Origin: Eledone cirrhosa
Lineage: Eukaryota
NCBI GenBank assembly: GCA_964016885.1
Contig: OZ024744.1
Coordinates: 130,324,001-130,388,000 of the forward strand
Length of the DNA: 64,000 nt
Reading direction: 5' to 3'
Below, one piece after another: positions 1-12,667 of the stretch. The position numbers were made by a program, and so were the translations under genes. Under the pieces are notes generated by a model that had not been told where the DNA came from, ran no database searches, and saw only the letters and a program-made list of their open reading frames with translations. Numbering within the stretch: the first letter of the stretch is position 1; the number at the start of each line of letters is the position of its first letter.

Positions 1-1602
1 TAAATTAAGTTGGGGTTACGTTAAGTTGGTGTTAAGTTAAGTTGGGGTTAATTTAAGTTGGGGTTAATTAAGTTGGGGTTAAGTTAAGTTGGGGTTAAGT
101 TAAGTTGGGGTTAATTTAAGTTGGGGTTGAGTTAAGTTGGGGTTAAGTTAAGTTGGGGTTATATTAAGTTGGGGTTAAGTTAAGTTGGGGTTCAGTTAAG
201 TTGGGGTTAAGTTAAGTTGGGGTTAAGTTAAGTTGGGGCTAAGTTAAGTTGGGGCTGAGTTAAGTTGGGGCTGAGTTAAGTTGGGGCTAAGTTAAGTTGG
301 TGTTGAGTTAAGTTGGGGTTAAGTTGGGGTTAAGTTAAGTTAGGTTTAAGTTAAGTTGGGGTTAAGTTAAGTTGGGGTTACGTTAAGTTGGGGTTAAGTT
401 AAGTTGGGGTTAAGTTAAGTTGGGGTTAAGTTAATTTGTGGTTAAGTTAAGTTGTGGTTAAGTTAAGTTGGGGTTAAGTTAAGTTGGGCTTAAGTTAAGT
501 CGGGGTTAAGTTAAGTTGGGGTTAAGTTAAGTTGGGGTTAATTTAAGTTGGGGTTAAGTTAAGTTGGGGTTATGTTAAGTTGGGTTTAAGTTAAGTTGGG
601 GTTAAGTTAAGTTGAGGTTAAGTTAAGTTGGGGTTAAATTAAGTTGGGGTTAAGTTAAGTTGGGGTTAAGTTAAGTTGGGGTTAAGTTAAGTTGGGGATA
701 AGTTAAGTTGGGGATAATTTAAGTTGGGGTTAAGTTAAGTTGGGTTTAAGTTAAGTTGGGTTTAAGTTAAGTTGGGGTTAAGTTAAGTTGGGGTTAAGTT
801 AAGTTGGGGTTAAGTTAAGTTGGGGCTAAGTTAAGTTGGGGCTGAGTTAAGTTGGGGTTAAGTTAAATTGGGGTTAAGTTAAGTTGGGGTTAAGTTAAGT
901 TGGGGTTAAGTTAAGTTGGGGTTTATTTAAGTTGGGGTTAAGTTAAGTTGGGGTTCAGTTAAGTTGGGGTTCAGTTAAATGGGGTTAAGTTAAGTTGGGG
1001 TTAAGATGGGGTTAAATTAAGTTGGGGTTAAGTTAAGTTGGGGTTAAGCTAAGTTGGGGTTAAGTTAAGTCGGGGTTAAGTTAAGTCGGGGTTAAGTTAA
1101 GTTAGGGTTCAGTTAAGTTGGGGTTAAGTTAAGTTGGGGTTGAGTTAAGTTGGGGTTGAGTTAAGTTGGGGTTAAGTTAAGTTGGGGTTAAGTTAAGTTG
1201 CAGTTAAGTTAAGTTGAGGTTAAGTTAAGGTGCGGTTAAGTTAAGTTGGGGTTAAGTTAAGTTGGGGCTAAGTTAAGTTGGGGCTAAGTTAAGTTGGGGC
1301 TAAGTTAAGTTGGGGTTAAGTTAAGTCGGGGTTAAGTTAACTTGGGGTTAAGTTAAGTTGGGGTTAATTTAAGTTGGGGTTAAGTTAAGTTGGGGTTAAG
1401 TTAAGTTGGGGTTAAGTTAAGTTGGGGTTGAGTTAAGTTGGGTTTAATTTAAGTTGGGGTTAAGTTAAGTTGGGGTCAAGTTAAGTTGGGGTTAAGTTAA
1501 GTTGGTTAGTTAAGTTGAGTTTAAGTTAAGTTGGGGTTAATTTATGTTGGGGTTAAGTTAAGTTGGGGTTAAGTTAAGTTGGGGTTAAGTTAAGTTGGGG
1601 TT

Positions 1603-1802
1603 AACCCCAACTTAACTTAACCCCAACTTCACTCAACCCCAACGTAACTCAACCCCAACTTAACTTAACCCCAACTTCACTCAACCCCAACTTAACTTAA
1701 CCCCAACTTCACTCAACACCAACTTAAGTCAACCCCAACTTAACTTAACCCCAACTTGACTTAACCCCAACTTAAATTAGCCCCAACTTAACTTAAGCCC
1801 AA
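1603..1802 (-). repeat. Inverted satellite segment 1 (200 bp, unique allele)
   Basis: AACCCCAACTTAACTT monomers from GGGGTT|AACCCC to AAGCCCAA; carries the AAGTC monomer, private AACACC and AAATT variants, right junction CCCAAAATCGGGG. Confidence 0.95.
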
Positions 1803-3663
1803 AATCGGGGTTAAGTTAAGTTGGCGTTATGTTCAGTCAGGCTTAACTTAAGTTGGGGTTCAGTTAAGTTGGGGGTAAGTTAAGTTGGGGTTAAGTTAAG
1901 TTGCGGTTAAGTTGGGGTTAAGTTAAGTTAGGGTTAAGTTAAGTTGGGGTTGAGTTAAGTTGGGGTTAATTAAGTGGTGGTTATGTTAAGTTGGGGTTAA
2001 TTTAAATTGGGGTTAAGTTAACTTTGTGGTTAAGTTAAGTTGAGGTTAAGTTAAGTTGGGGTTAAGTTAAGTTGGGGTTAAGTTAAGTTGGGGCTAAGTT
2101 AAGTTGGGGCTAAGTTAAGTTGGGGCTAAGTTAAGTTGGGGTTAAGTTAAGTTGGGGTTAATTTAAGTTGGGGTTAAGTTAAGTTGGGGTTAAGTTAAGT
2201 TGGGGTTAAGTTAAGTTGGTGTTAAGTTAAGTTGGGGCTAAGTTAAGTTGGGGCTGAGTTAAGTTGGGGCTGAGTTAAGTTGGGGTTAAGTTAAGTTGGG
2301 GTTGAGTTAAGTTGGGGTTAAGTTAAGTTGGGGTCAAGTTAAGTTGGGGTTAAGTTGGTGTTAAGTTAAGTTAGGTTTAAGTTAAGTTGGGGTTAAGTTA
2401 AGTTGGGGTTAAGTTAAGTTGGGGTTAAGTTAAGTTGGGGTTAAGTTAATTTGTGGTTAAGTTAAGTTGGGGTTAAGTTAAGTTGGGGTTAAGTTAAGTC
2501 GGGGTTAAGTTAAGTTGGGGTTAAGTTAAGTTGGGGTTAATTTAAGTTGGGGTTAAGTTAAGTTGGGGTTAAGTTAAGTTGGGGATAATTTAAGTTGGGG
2601 TTAAGTTAAGTTTGGGTTTAAGTTAAGTTGGGGTTAAGTTAAGTTGGGGTTAAGTTAAGTTGGGGTTAAGTTAAGTTGGTTAGTTAAGTTGAGTTTAAGT
2701 TAAGTTGGGGTTAATTTAAGTTGGGGTTAAGTTAAGCTGGGGTTAAGTTAAGTTGGGGTTAAGTTAAGTTGGGGTTAATTTAAGTTGGGGTTAAGTTAAG
2801 TTGCGGGTAATTTAAGTTGGGGTTAAGTTAAGTTGGGGTTAAGTTAAGTTGGGGTTAAGTTAAGTTGGGGTTAAGTTAAGTTGGGGCTAATTTAAGTTGG
2901 GGCTGAGTTAAGTTGGGGTTAAGTTAAGTTGGGGTTAAGTTAAGTTGGGGTTAAGTTAAGTTGGGGTTAAGTTAAGTTGGGGTTTATTTAAGTTGGGGTT
3001 AAGTTAAGTTGGGGTTCAGTTAAGTTGGGGTTCAGTTAAGTTGGGGTTAAGTTAAGTTGGGGTTAAGATGGGGTTAAATTACGTTGGAGTTAAGTTAAGT
3101 TGGGGTTAAGTTAAATGGGGTTAAGTTAAGTTGGGGTTAAGTTAAGTCGGGGTTAATTTAAGTCGGGGTTAAGTTAAGTTAGGGTTCAGTTAAGTTGGGG
3201 TTAAGTTAAGTTGGGCTTGAGTTAAGTTGGGGTTGAGTTAAATTGGGGTTGAGTTAAGTTGGGGTTGAGTTAAGTTGGTGTTGAGTTAAGTTGGGGTTAA
3301 GTTAAGTTGGGGTTAAGTTAAGTTGCAGTTAAGTTAAGTTGAGGTTAAGTTAAGGTGCGGTTAAGTTAAGTTGGGCTTAAGTTAAGTTGGGGCTAAGTTA
3401 AGTTGGGGCTAAGTTAAGTTGGGGCTAAGTTAAGTTGGGGTTAAGTTAAGTTGGGGTTAAGTTAAGTCGGGGTTAAGTTAAGTTGGGGTTAAGTTAAGTT
3501 GGGGTTAAGTTAAGTTGGGGTTAAGTTAAGTTGGTTAGTTAAGTTGAGTTTAAGTTAAGTTGGGGTTAATTTAAGTTGGGGTTAAGTTAAGTTGGGGTTA
3601 AGTTAAGTTGGGGTTAAGTTAAGTTGGGGTTAAGTTAAGTTGGGGTTAAGTTAAGTTGGGGTT

Positions 3664-3838
3664 AACCCCAACTTAACTTAACCCCAACTTCACTCAACCC
3701 CAACGTAACTCAACCCCAACTTAACTTAACCCCAACTTCACTCAACCCCAACTTAACTTAACCCCAACTTCACTCAACCCCAACTTCCAACTTGACTTAA
3801 CCCCAACTTAACTTAGCCCCAACTTAACTTAAGCCCAA
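3664..3838 (-). repeat. Inverted segment 2 (175-bp class)
   Basis: Reverse-orientation monomers with the CAACTTCCAACTTGAC deletion scar. Confidence 0.95.
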
Positions 3839-5917
3839 AGTCGGGGTTAAGTTAAGTTGGCGTTAAGTTAAGTTGGCGTTAAGTTAAGTTAGGCTTAACT
3901 TAAGTTGGGGTTCAGTTAAGTTGGGGGTAAGTTAAGTTGGGGTTAAGTTAAGTTAGGGTTAAGTTAAGTTGGGGTTGAGTTAAGTTGGGGTTAATTAAGT
4001 GGTGGTTATGTTAAGTTGGGGTTAAGTTAAGTTGCGGTTAAGTTGGGGTTAAGTTAAGTTAGGGTTAAGTTAAGTTGGCGTTGAGTTAAGTTGGGGTTAA
4101 TTAAGTGGTGGTTATGTTAAGTTGGGGTTAATTTAAATTGGGGTGAAGTTAACTTTGTGGTTAAGTTAAGTTGGGGTTAAGTTAAGTTGGGGTTAAGTTG
4201 GGGTTGAGTTAAGTTGGGGTTGAGTGAAGTTGGGGTTAAGTTAAGTTGGGGTAAAGTTAAGTTGGGGTTAAGTTAAGTCGGGGTTAAGTTAAGTTGTGGT
4301 TGAGTTAAGTTGGGGTTAATTTAAGTTGGGGCTAAGTTAATTTGTGGTTAAGTTAAGTTGGGGTTAAGTTAAGTTGGGGTTAAGTTAAGTTGGGGTTAAG
4401 TTAAGTTGCAGTTAAGTTAAGTTGAGGTTAAGTTAAGTTGGGGTTAAGTTAAGTTGGGGCTAAGTTAAGTTGGGGCTAAGTTAAGTTGGGGCTAAGTTAA
4501 GTTGGGGTTAAGTCAAGTTGGGGTTAAGTTAACTTGGGGTTAAGTTAAGTTGGGGTTAAGTTAAGTTGGGGTTAAGTTAAGTTGGTGTTAAGTTAAGTTG
4601 GGGCTAAGTTAAGTTGGGGCTGAGTTAAGTTGGGGCTGAGTTAAGTTGGGGTTAAGTTAAGTTGGGGTTGAGTTAAGTTGGGGTTAAGTTAAGTTGGGGT
4701 CAAGTTAAGTTGGGGTTAAGTTGGGGTTAAGTTAAGTTAGGTTTAAGTTAAGTTGGGGTTAAGTTAAGTTGGGGTTAAGTTAAGTTGGGGTTAAGTTAAG
4801 TTGGGGTTAAGTTAATTTGTGGTTAAGTTAAGTTGGGGTTAAGTTAAGTTGGGGTTAAGTTAAGTCGGGGTTAAGTTAAGTTGGGGTTAAGTTAAGTTGG
4901 GGTTAATTTAAGTTGGGGTTAAGTTAAGTTGGGGTTAAGTTAAGTTGGTTAGTTAAGTTGAGTTTAAGTTAAGTTGGGGTTAATTTAAGTTGGGGTTAAG
5001 TTAAGCTGGGGTTAAGTTAAGTTGGGGTTAAGTTAAGTTGGGGTTAATTTAAGTTGGGGTTAAGTTAAGTTGCGGGTAATTTAAGTTGGGGTTAAGTTAA
5101 GTTGGGGTTAAGTTAAGTTGGGGTTAAGTTAAGTTGGGGTTAAGTTAAGTTGGGGCTAATTTAAGTTGGGGCTGAGTTAAGTTGGGGTTAAGTTAAGTTG
5201 GGGTTAAGTTAAGTTGGGGTTAAGTTAAGTTGGGGTTAAGTTAAGTTGGGGTTTATTTAAGTTGGGGTTAAGTTAAGTTGGGGTTCAGTTAAGTTGGGGT
5301 TCAGTTAAGTTGGGGTTAAGTTAAGTTGGGGTTAAGATGGGGTTAAATTACGTTGGAGTTAAGTTAAGTTGGGGTTAAGTTAAGTTGGGGTTAAGTTAAG
5401 TTGGGGTTAAGTTAAGTCGGGGTTAATTTAAGTCGGGGTTAAGTTAAGTTAGGGTTCAGTTAAGTTGGGGTTAAGTTAAGTTGGGCTTGAGTTAAGTTGG
5501 GGTTGAGTTAAATTGGGATTGAGTTAAGTTGGGGTTGAGTTAAGTTGGTGTTGAGTTAAATTGGGGTTAAGTTAAGTTGGGGTTAAGTTAAGTTGCAGTT
5601 AAGTTAAGTTGAGGTTAAGTTAAGGTGCGGTTAAGTTAAGTTGGGCTTAAGTTAAGTTGGGGCTAAGTTAAGTTGGGGCTAAGTTAAGTTGGGGCTAAGT
5701 TAAGTTGGGGTTAAGTTAAGTTGGGGTTAAGTTAAGTCGGGGTTAAGTTAAGTTGGGGTTAAGTTAAGTTGGGGTTAAGTTAAGTTGGGGTTAAGTTAAG
5801 TTGGTTAGTTAAGTTGAGTTTAAGTTAAGTTGGGGTTAATTTAAGTTGGGGTTAAGTTAAGTTGGGGTTAAGTTAAGTTGGGGTTAAGTTAAGTTGGGGT
5901 TAAGTTAAGTTGGGGTT

Positions 5918-6092
5918 AACCCCAACTTAACTTAACCCCAACTTCACTCAACCCCAACGTAACTCAACCCCAACTTAACTTAACCCCAACTTCACTCAAC
6001 CCCAACTTAACTTAACCCCAACTTCACTCAACCCCAACTTCCAACTTGACTTAACCCCAACTTAACTTAGCCCCAACTTAACTTAAGCCCAA
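5918..6092 (-). repeat. Inverted segment 3 (175-bp class)
   Basis: Same junctions and CTTCCAAC scar. Confidence 0.95.
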
Positions 6093-7623
6093 AGTCGGGG
6101 TTAAGTTAAGTTGGCGTTAAGTTAAGTTGGCGTTAAGTTAAGTTAGGCTTAACTTAAGTTGGGGTTCAGTTAAGTTGGGGTTAAGTTAAGTTGGTGTTAA
6201 GTTAAGTTGGGGCTAAGTTAAGTTGGGGCTGAGTTAAGTTGGGGCTGAGTTAAGTTGGGGTTAAGTTAAGTTGGGGTTGAGTTAAGTTGGGGTTAAGTTA
6301 AGTTGGGGTCAAGTTAAGTTGGGGTTAAGTTGGGGTTAAGTTAAGTTAGGTTTAAGTTAAGTTGGGGTTAAGTTAAGTTGGGGTTAAGTTAAGTTGGGGT
6401 TAAGTTAAGTTGGGGTTAAGTTAATTTGTGGTTAAGTTAAGTTGGGGTTAAGTTAAGTTGGGGTTAAGTTAAGTCGGGGTTAAGTTAAGTTGGGGTTAAG
6501 TTAAGTTGGGGTTAATTTAAGTTGGGGTTAAGTTAAGTTGGGGTTAAGTTAAGTTGGGGATAATTTAAGTTGGGGTTAAGTTAAGTTTGGGTTTAAGTTA
6601 AGTTGGGGTTAAGTTAAGTTGGGGTTAAGTTAAGTTGGGGTTAAGTTAAGTTGGTTAGTTAAGTTGAGTTTAAGTTAAGTTGGGGTTAATTTAAGTTGGG
6701 GTTAAGTTAAGCTGGGGTTAAGTTAAGTTGGGGTTAAGTTAAGTTGGGGTTAATTTAAGTTGGGGTTAAGTTAAGTTGCGGGTAATTTAAGTTGGGGTTA
6801 AGTTAAGTTGGGGTTAAGTTAAGTTGGGGTTAAGTTAAGTTGGGGTTAAGTTAAGTTGGGGCTAATTTAAGTTGGGGCTGAGTTAAGTTGGGGTTAAGTT
6901 AAGTTGGGGTTAAGTTAAGTTGGGGTTAAGTTAAGTTGGGGTTAAGTTAAGTTGGGGTTTATTTAAGTTGGGGTTAAGTTAAGTTGGGGTTCAGTTAAGT
7001 TGGGGTTCAGTTAAGTTGGGGTTAAGTTAAGTTGGGGTTAAGATGGGGTTAAATTACGTTGGAGTTAAGTTAAGTTGGGGTTAAGTTAAGTTGGGGTTAA
7101 GTTAAGTTGGGGTTAAGTTAAGTCGGGGTTAATTTAAGTCGGGGTTAAGTTAAGTTAGGGTTCAGTTAAGTTGGGGTTAAGTTAAGTTGGGCTTGAGTTA
7201 AGTTGGGGTTGAGTTAAATTGGGGTTGAGTTAAGTTGGGGTTGAGTTAAGTTGGTGTTGAGTTAAGTTGGGGTTAAGTTAAGTTGGGGTTAAGTTAAGTT
7301 GCAGTTAAGTTAAGTTGAGGTTAAGTTAAGGTGCGGTTAAGTTAAGTTGGGCTTAAGTTAAGTTGGGGCTAAGTTAAGTTGGGGCTAAGTTAAGTTGGGG
7401 CTAAGTTAAGTTGGGGTTAAGTTAAGTTGGGGTTAAGTTAAGTCGGGGTTAAGTTAAGTTGGGGTTAAGTTAAGTTGGGGTTAAGTTAAGTTGGGGTTAA
7501 GTTAAGTTGGTTAGTTAAGTTGAGTTTAAGTTAAGTTGGGGTTAATTTAAGTTGGGGTTAAGTTAAGTTGGGGTTAAGTTAAGTTGGGGTTAAGTTAAGT
7601 TGGGGTTAAGTTAAGTTGGGGTT

Positions 7624-7798
7624 AACCCCAACTTAACTTAACCCCAACTTCACTCAACCCCAACGTAACTCAACCCCAACTTAACTTAACCCCAACTTCA
7701 CTCAACCCCAACTTAACTTAACCCCAACTTCACTCAACCCCAACTTCCAACTTGACTTAACCCCAACTTAACTTAGCCCCAACTTAACTTAAGCCCAA
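7624..7798 (-). repeat. Inverted segment 4 (175-bp class)
   Basis: Same junctions and scar. Confidence 0.95.
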
Positions 7799-8787
7799 AG
7801 TCGGGGTTAAGTTAAGTTGGCGTTAAGTTAAGTTGGCGTTAAGTTAAGTTAGGCTTAACTTAAGTTGGGGTTCAGTTAAGTTGGGGGTAAGTTAAGTTGG
7901 GGTTAAGTTAAGTTAGGGTTAAGTTAAGTTGGGGTTGAGTTAAGTTGGGGTTAATTAAGTGGTGGTTATGTTAAGTTGGGGTTAAGTTAAGTTGGGGTTA
8001 ATTTAAATTGGGGTTAAGTTAACTTTGTGGTTAAGTTAAGTTGGGGTTAAGTTAAGTTGGGGTAAAGTTGGGGTTGAGTTAAGTTGGGGTTGAGTGAAGT
8101 TGGGGTTAAGTTAAGTTGGGGTTAAGTTAAGTTGGGGTTAAGATAAGTCGGGGTTAAGTTAAGTTGTGGTTGAGTTAAGTTGGGGTTAATTTAAGTTGGG
8201 GCTAAGTTAATTTGTGGTTAAGTTAAGTTGGGGTTAAGTTAAGTTGGGGTTAAGTTAAGTTGGGGTTGAGTTAAGTTGGGGCTAAGTTAATTTGGGGTTA
8301 AGTTAAGTTGGGGTTGAGTTAAGTTGGTGTTGAGTTAAGTTGGGGTTAAGTTAAGTTGGGGTTAAGTTAAGTTGCAGTTAAGTTAAGTTGAGGTTAAGTT
8401 AAGGTGCGGTTAAGTTAAGTTGGGGTTAAGTTAAGTTGGGGCTAAGTTAAGTTGGGGCTAAGTTAAGTTGGGGCTAAGTTAAGTTGGGGTTAAGTTACGT
8501 TGGGGTTAAGTTAAGTCGGGGTTAAGTTAAGTTGGGGTTAAGTTAAGTTGGGGTTAATTTAAGTTGGGGTTAAGTTAAGTTGGGGTTAAGTTAAGTTGGG
8601 GTTAAGTTAAGTTGGGGTTAAGTTGGGTTTAAGTTAAGTTGGGGTTAAGTTAAGTTGGGGTCAAGGTAAGTTGGGGTTAAGTTAAGTTGGTTAGTTAAGT
8701 TGAGTTTAAGTTAAGTTGGGGTTAATTTAAGTTGGGGTTAAGTTAAGTTGGGGTTAAGTTAAGTTGGGGTTAAGTTAAGTTGGGGTT

Positions 8788-9003
8788 AACCCCAACTTAA
8801 CTTAACCCCAACTTAACTTAACCCCAACTTCACTCAACCCCAACGTAACTCAACCCCAATTTAACTTAACCCCAACTTCACTCAACCCCAACTTAACTTA
8901 ACCCCAACTTCACTCAATCCCAACTTAAGTCAACCCCAACTTAACTTAACCCCAACTTGACTTAACCCCAACTTAACTTAGCCCCAACTTAACTTAAGCC
9001 CAA
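8788..9003 (-). repeat. Inverted segment 5 (216-bp class)
   Basis: Extra consensus monomer, CCCCAATTTAAC and CAATCCCAAC variants, no scar. Confidence 0.95.
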
Positions 9004-10141
9004 AGTCGGGGTTAAGTTAAGTTGGCGTTAAGTTAGGCTTAACTTAAGTTGGGGGTAAGTTAAGTTGGGGGTAAGTTAAGTTGGGGTTAAGTTAAGTTGC
9101 GGTTAAGTTGGGGTTAAGTTAAGTTAGGGTTAAGTTAAGTTGGCGTTGAGTTAAGTTGGGGTTAATTAAGTGGTGGTTATGTTAAGTTGGGGTTAATTTA
9201 AATTGGGGTGAAGTTAACTTTGTGGTTAAGTTAAGTTGGGGTTAAGTTAAGTTGGGGTTAAGTTGGGGTTGAGTTAAGTTGGGGTTGAGTGAAGTTGGGG
9301 TTAAGTTAAGTTGGGGTAAAGTTAAGTTGGGGTTAAGTTAAGTCGGGGTTAAGTTAAGTTGTGGTTGAGTTAAGTTGGGGTTAATTTAAGTTGGGGCTAA
9401 GTTAATTTGTGGTTAAGTTAAGTTGGGGTTAAGTTAAGTTGGGGTTAAGTTAAGTTGGGGTTAAGTTAAGTTGCAGTTAAGTTAAGTTGAGGTTAAGTCA
9501 AGTTGGGGTTAAGTTAAGTTGGGGTTAAGTTAACTTGGGGTTCAGTTAAGTTGGGGCTAAGTTAAGTTGGGGTTAAGATGGGGTTAAATTAAGTTGGGGT
9601 TAAGTTAAGTTGTGGTTAAGTTAAGTTGGGGTTAAGTTAAGTTGGGGTTAAGTTAAGTCGGGGTTAAGTTAAGTCGGGGTTAAGTTAAGTTAGGGTTCAG
9701 TTAAGTTGGGGTTAAGTTAAGTTGGGGTTCAGTTAAGTTGGGGTTGAGTTAAATTGGGGTTGAGTTAAGTTGGGGTTGAGTTAAGTTGGTGTTGAGTTAA
9801 GTTGGGGTTAAGTTAAGTTGGGGTTAAGTTAAGTTGCAGTTAAGTTAAGTTGAGGTTAAGTTAAGGTGCGGTTAAGTTAAGTTGGGCTTAAGTTAAGTTG
9901 GGGCTAAGTTAAGTTGGGGCTAAGTTAAGTTGGGGCTAAGTTAAGTTGGGGTTAAGTTAAGTTGGGGTTAAGTTAAGTCGGGGTTAAGTTAAGTTGGGGT
10001 TAGTTAAGTTGGGGTTAAGTTAAGTTGGGGTTAAGTTAAGTTGGTTAGTTAAGTTGAGTTTAAGTTAAGTTGGGGTTAATTTAAGTTGGGGTTAAGTTAA
10101 GTTGGGGTTAAGTTAAGTTGGGGTTAAGTTAAGTTGGGGTT

Positions 10142-10316
10142 AACCCCAACTTAACTTAACCCCAACTTCACTCAACCCCAACGTAACTCAACCCCAACTT
10201 AACTTAACCCCAACTTCACTCAACCCCAACTTAACTTAACCCCAACTTCACTCAACCCCAACTTCCAACTTGACTTAACCCCAACTTAACTTAGCCCCAA
10301 CTTAACTTAAGCCCAA
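10142..10316 (-). repeat. Inverted segment 6 (175-bp class)
   Basis: Same junctions and scar. Confidence 0.95.
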
Positions 10317-12492
10317 AGTCGGGGTTAAGTTAAGTTGGCGTTAAGTTAAGTTGGCGTTAAGTTAAGTTAGGCTTAACTTAAGTTGGGGTTCAGTTAAGTT
10401 GGGGGTAAGTTAAGTTGGGGTTAAGTTAAGTTAGGGTTAAGTTAAGTTGGGGTTGAGTTAAGTTGGGGTTAATTAAGTGGTGGTTATGTTAAGTTGGGGT
10501 TAAGTTAAGTTGCGGTTAAGTTGGGGTTAAGTTAAGTTAGGGTTAAGTTAAGTTGGCGTTGAGTTAAGTTGGGGTTAATTAAGTGGTGGTTATGTTAAGT
10601 TGGGGTTAATTTAAATTGGGGTGAAGTTAACTTTGTGGTTAAGTTAAGTTGGGGTTAAGTTAAGTTGGGGTTAAGTTGGGGTTGAGTTAAGTTGGGGTTG
10701 AGTGAAGTTGGGGTTAAGTTAAGTTGGGGTAAAGTTAAGTTGGGGTTAAGTTAAGTCGGGGTTAAGTTAAGTTGTGGTTGAGTTAAGTTGGGGTTAATTT
10801 AAGTTGGGGCTAAGTTAATTTGTGGTTAAGTTAAGTTGGGGTTAAGTTAAGTTGGGGTTAAGTTAAGTTGGGGTTAAGTTAAGTTGCAGTTAAGTTAAGT
10901 TGAGGTTAAGTTAAGTTGGGGTTAAGTTAAGTTGGGGCTAAGTTAAGTTGGGGCTAAGTTAAGTTGGGGCTAAGTTAAGTTGGGGTTAAGTTAAGTTGGG
11001 GTTAAGTTAACTTGGGGTTAAGTTAAGTTGGGGTTAAGTTAAGTTGGGGTTAAGTTAAGTTGGTGTTAAGTTAAGTTGGGGCTAAGTTAAGTTGGGGCTG
11101 AGTTAAGTTGGGGCTGAGTTAAGTTGGGGTTAAGTTAAGTTGGGGTTGAGTTAAGTTGGGGTTAAGTTAAGTTGGGGTCAAGTTAAGTTGGGGTTAAGTT
11201 GGGGTTAAGTTAAGTTAGGTTTAAGTTAAGTTGGGGTTAAGTTAAGTTGGGGTTAAGTTAAGTTGGGGTTAAGTTAAGTTGGGGTTAAGTTAATTTGTGG
11301 TTAAGTTAAGTTGGGGTTAAGTTAAGTTGGGGTTAAGTTAAGTCGGCGTTAAGTTAAGTTGGGGTTAAGTTAAGTTGGGGTTAATTTAAGTTGGGGTTAA
11401 GTTAAGTTGGGGTTAAGTTAAGTTGGGGATAATTTAAGTTGGGGTTAAGTTAAGTTTGGGTTTAAGTTAAGTTGGGGTTAAGTTAAGTTGGGGTTAAGTT
11501 AAGTTGGGGTTAAGTTAAGTTGGTTAGTTAAGTTGAGTTTAAGTTAAGTTGGGGTTAATTTAAGTTGGGGTTAAGTTAAGCTGGGGTTAAGTTAAGTTGG
11601 GGTTAAGTTAAGTTGGGGTTAATTTAAGTTGGGGTTAAGTTAAGTTGCGGGTAATTTAAGTTGGGGTTAAGTTAAGTTGGGGTTAAGTTAAGTTGGGGTT
11701 AAGTTAAGTTGGGGTTAAGTTAAGTTGGGGCTAATTTAAGTTGGGGCTGAGTTAAGTTGGGGTTAAGTTAAGTTGGGGTTAAGTTAAGTTGGGGTTAAGT
11801 TAAGTTGGGGTTAAGTTAAGTTGGGGTTTATTTAAGTTGGGGTTAAGTTAAGTTGGGGTTCAGTTAAGTTGGGGTTCAGTTAAGTTGGGGTTAAGTTAAG
11901 TTGGGGTTAAGATGGGGTTAAATTACGTTGGAGTTAAGTTAAGTTGGGGTTAAGTTAAGTTGGGGTTAAGTTAAGTTGGGGTTAAGTTAAGTCGGGGTTA
12001 ATTTAAGTCGGGGTTAAGTTAAGTTAGGGTTCAGTTAAGTTGGGGTTAAGTTAAGTTGGGCTTGAGTTAAGTTGGGGTTGAGTTAAATTGGGGTTGAGTT
12101 AAGTTGGGGTTGAGTTAAGTTGGTGTTGAGTTAAGTTGGGGTTAAGTTAAGTTGGGGTTAAGTTAAGTTGCAGTTAAGTTAAGTTGAGGTTAAGTTAAGG
12201 TGCGGTTAAGTTAAGTTGGGCTTAAGTTAAGTTGGGGCTAAGTTAAGTTGGGGCTAAGTTAAGTTGGGGCTAAGTTAAGTTGGGGTTAAGTTAAGTTGGG
12301 GTTAAGTTAAGTCGGGGTTAAGTTAAGTTGGGGTTAAGTTAAGTTGGGGTTAAGTTAAGTTGGGGTTAAGTTAAGTTGGTTAGTTAAGTTGAGTTTAAGT
12401 TAAGTTGGGGTTAATTTAAGTTGGGGTTAAGTTAAGTTGGGGTTAAGTTAAGTTGGGGTTAAGTTAAGTTGGGGTTAAGTTAAGTTGGGGTT

Positions 12493-12667
12493 AACCCCAA
12501 CTTAACTTAACCCCAACTTCACTCAACCCCAACGTAACTCAACCCCAACTTAACTTAACCCCAACTTCACTCAACCCCAACTTAACTTAACCCCAACTTC
12601 ACTCAACCCCAACTTCCAACTTGACTTAACCCCAACTTAACTTAGCCCCAACTTAACTTAAGCCCAA
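12493..12667 (-). repeat. Inverted segment 7 (175-bp class)
   Basis: Same junctions and scar. Confidence 0.95.

Noticed and set aside
1590-1620. 29 independent telomere-telomere fusion sites (G-rich to C-rich head-to-head)
   Set aside because: Identical junctions and internal variants indicate one event amplified many times, and orientation returns after about 200 bp, unlike an end-to-end fusion.
1603-1802. Inverted blocks as MITE or piggyBac-type insertions at TTAA
   Set aside because: The blocks consist only of satellite monomers, with no distinct terminal inverted repeats or target-site duplication; TTAA is simply part of the monomer.
3664-3838. Site-specific invertible switch (phase-variation type)
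   Set aside because: No recombinase gene, no distinct recombination sites, and no copy of the block seen in the opposite orientation.
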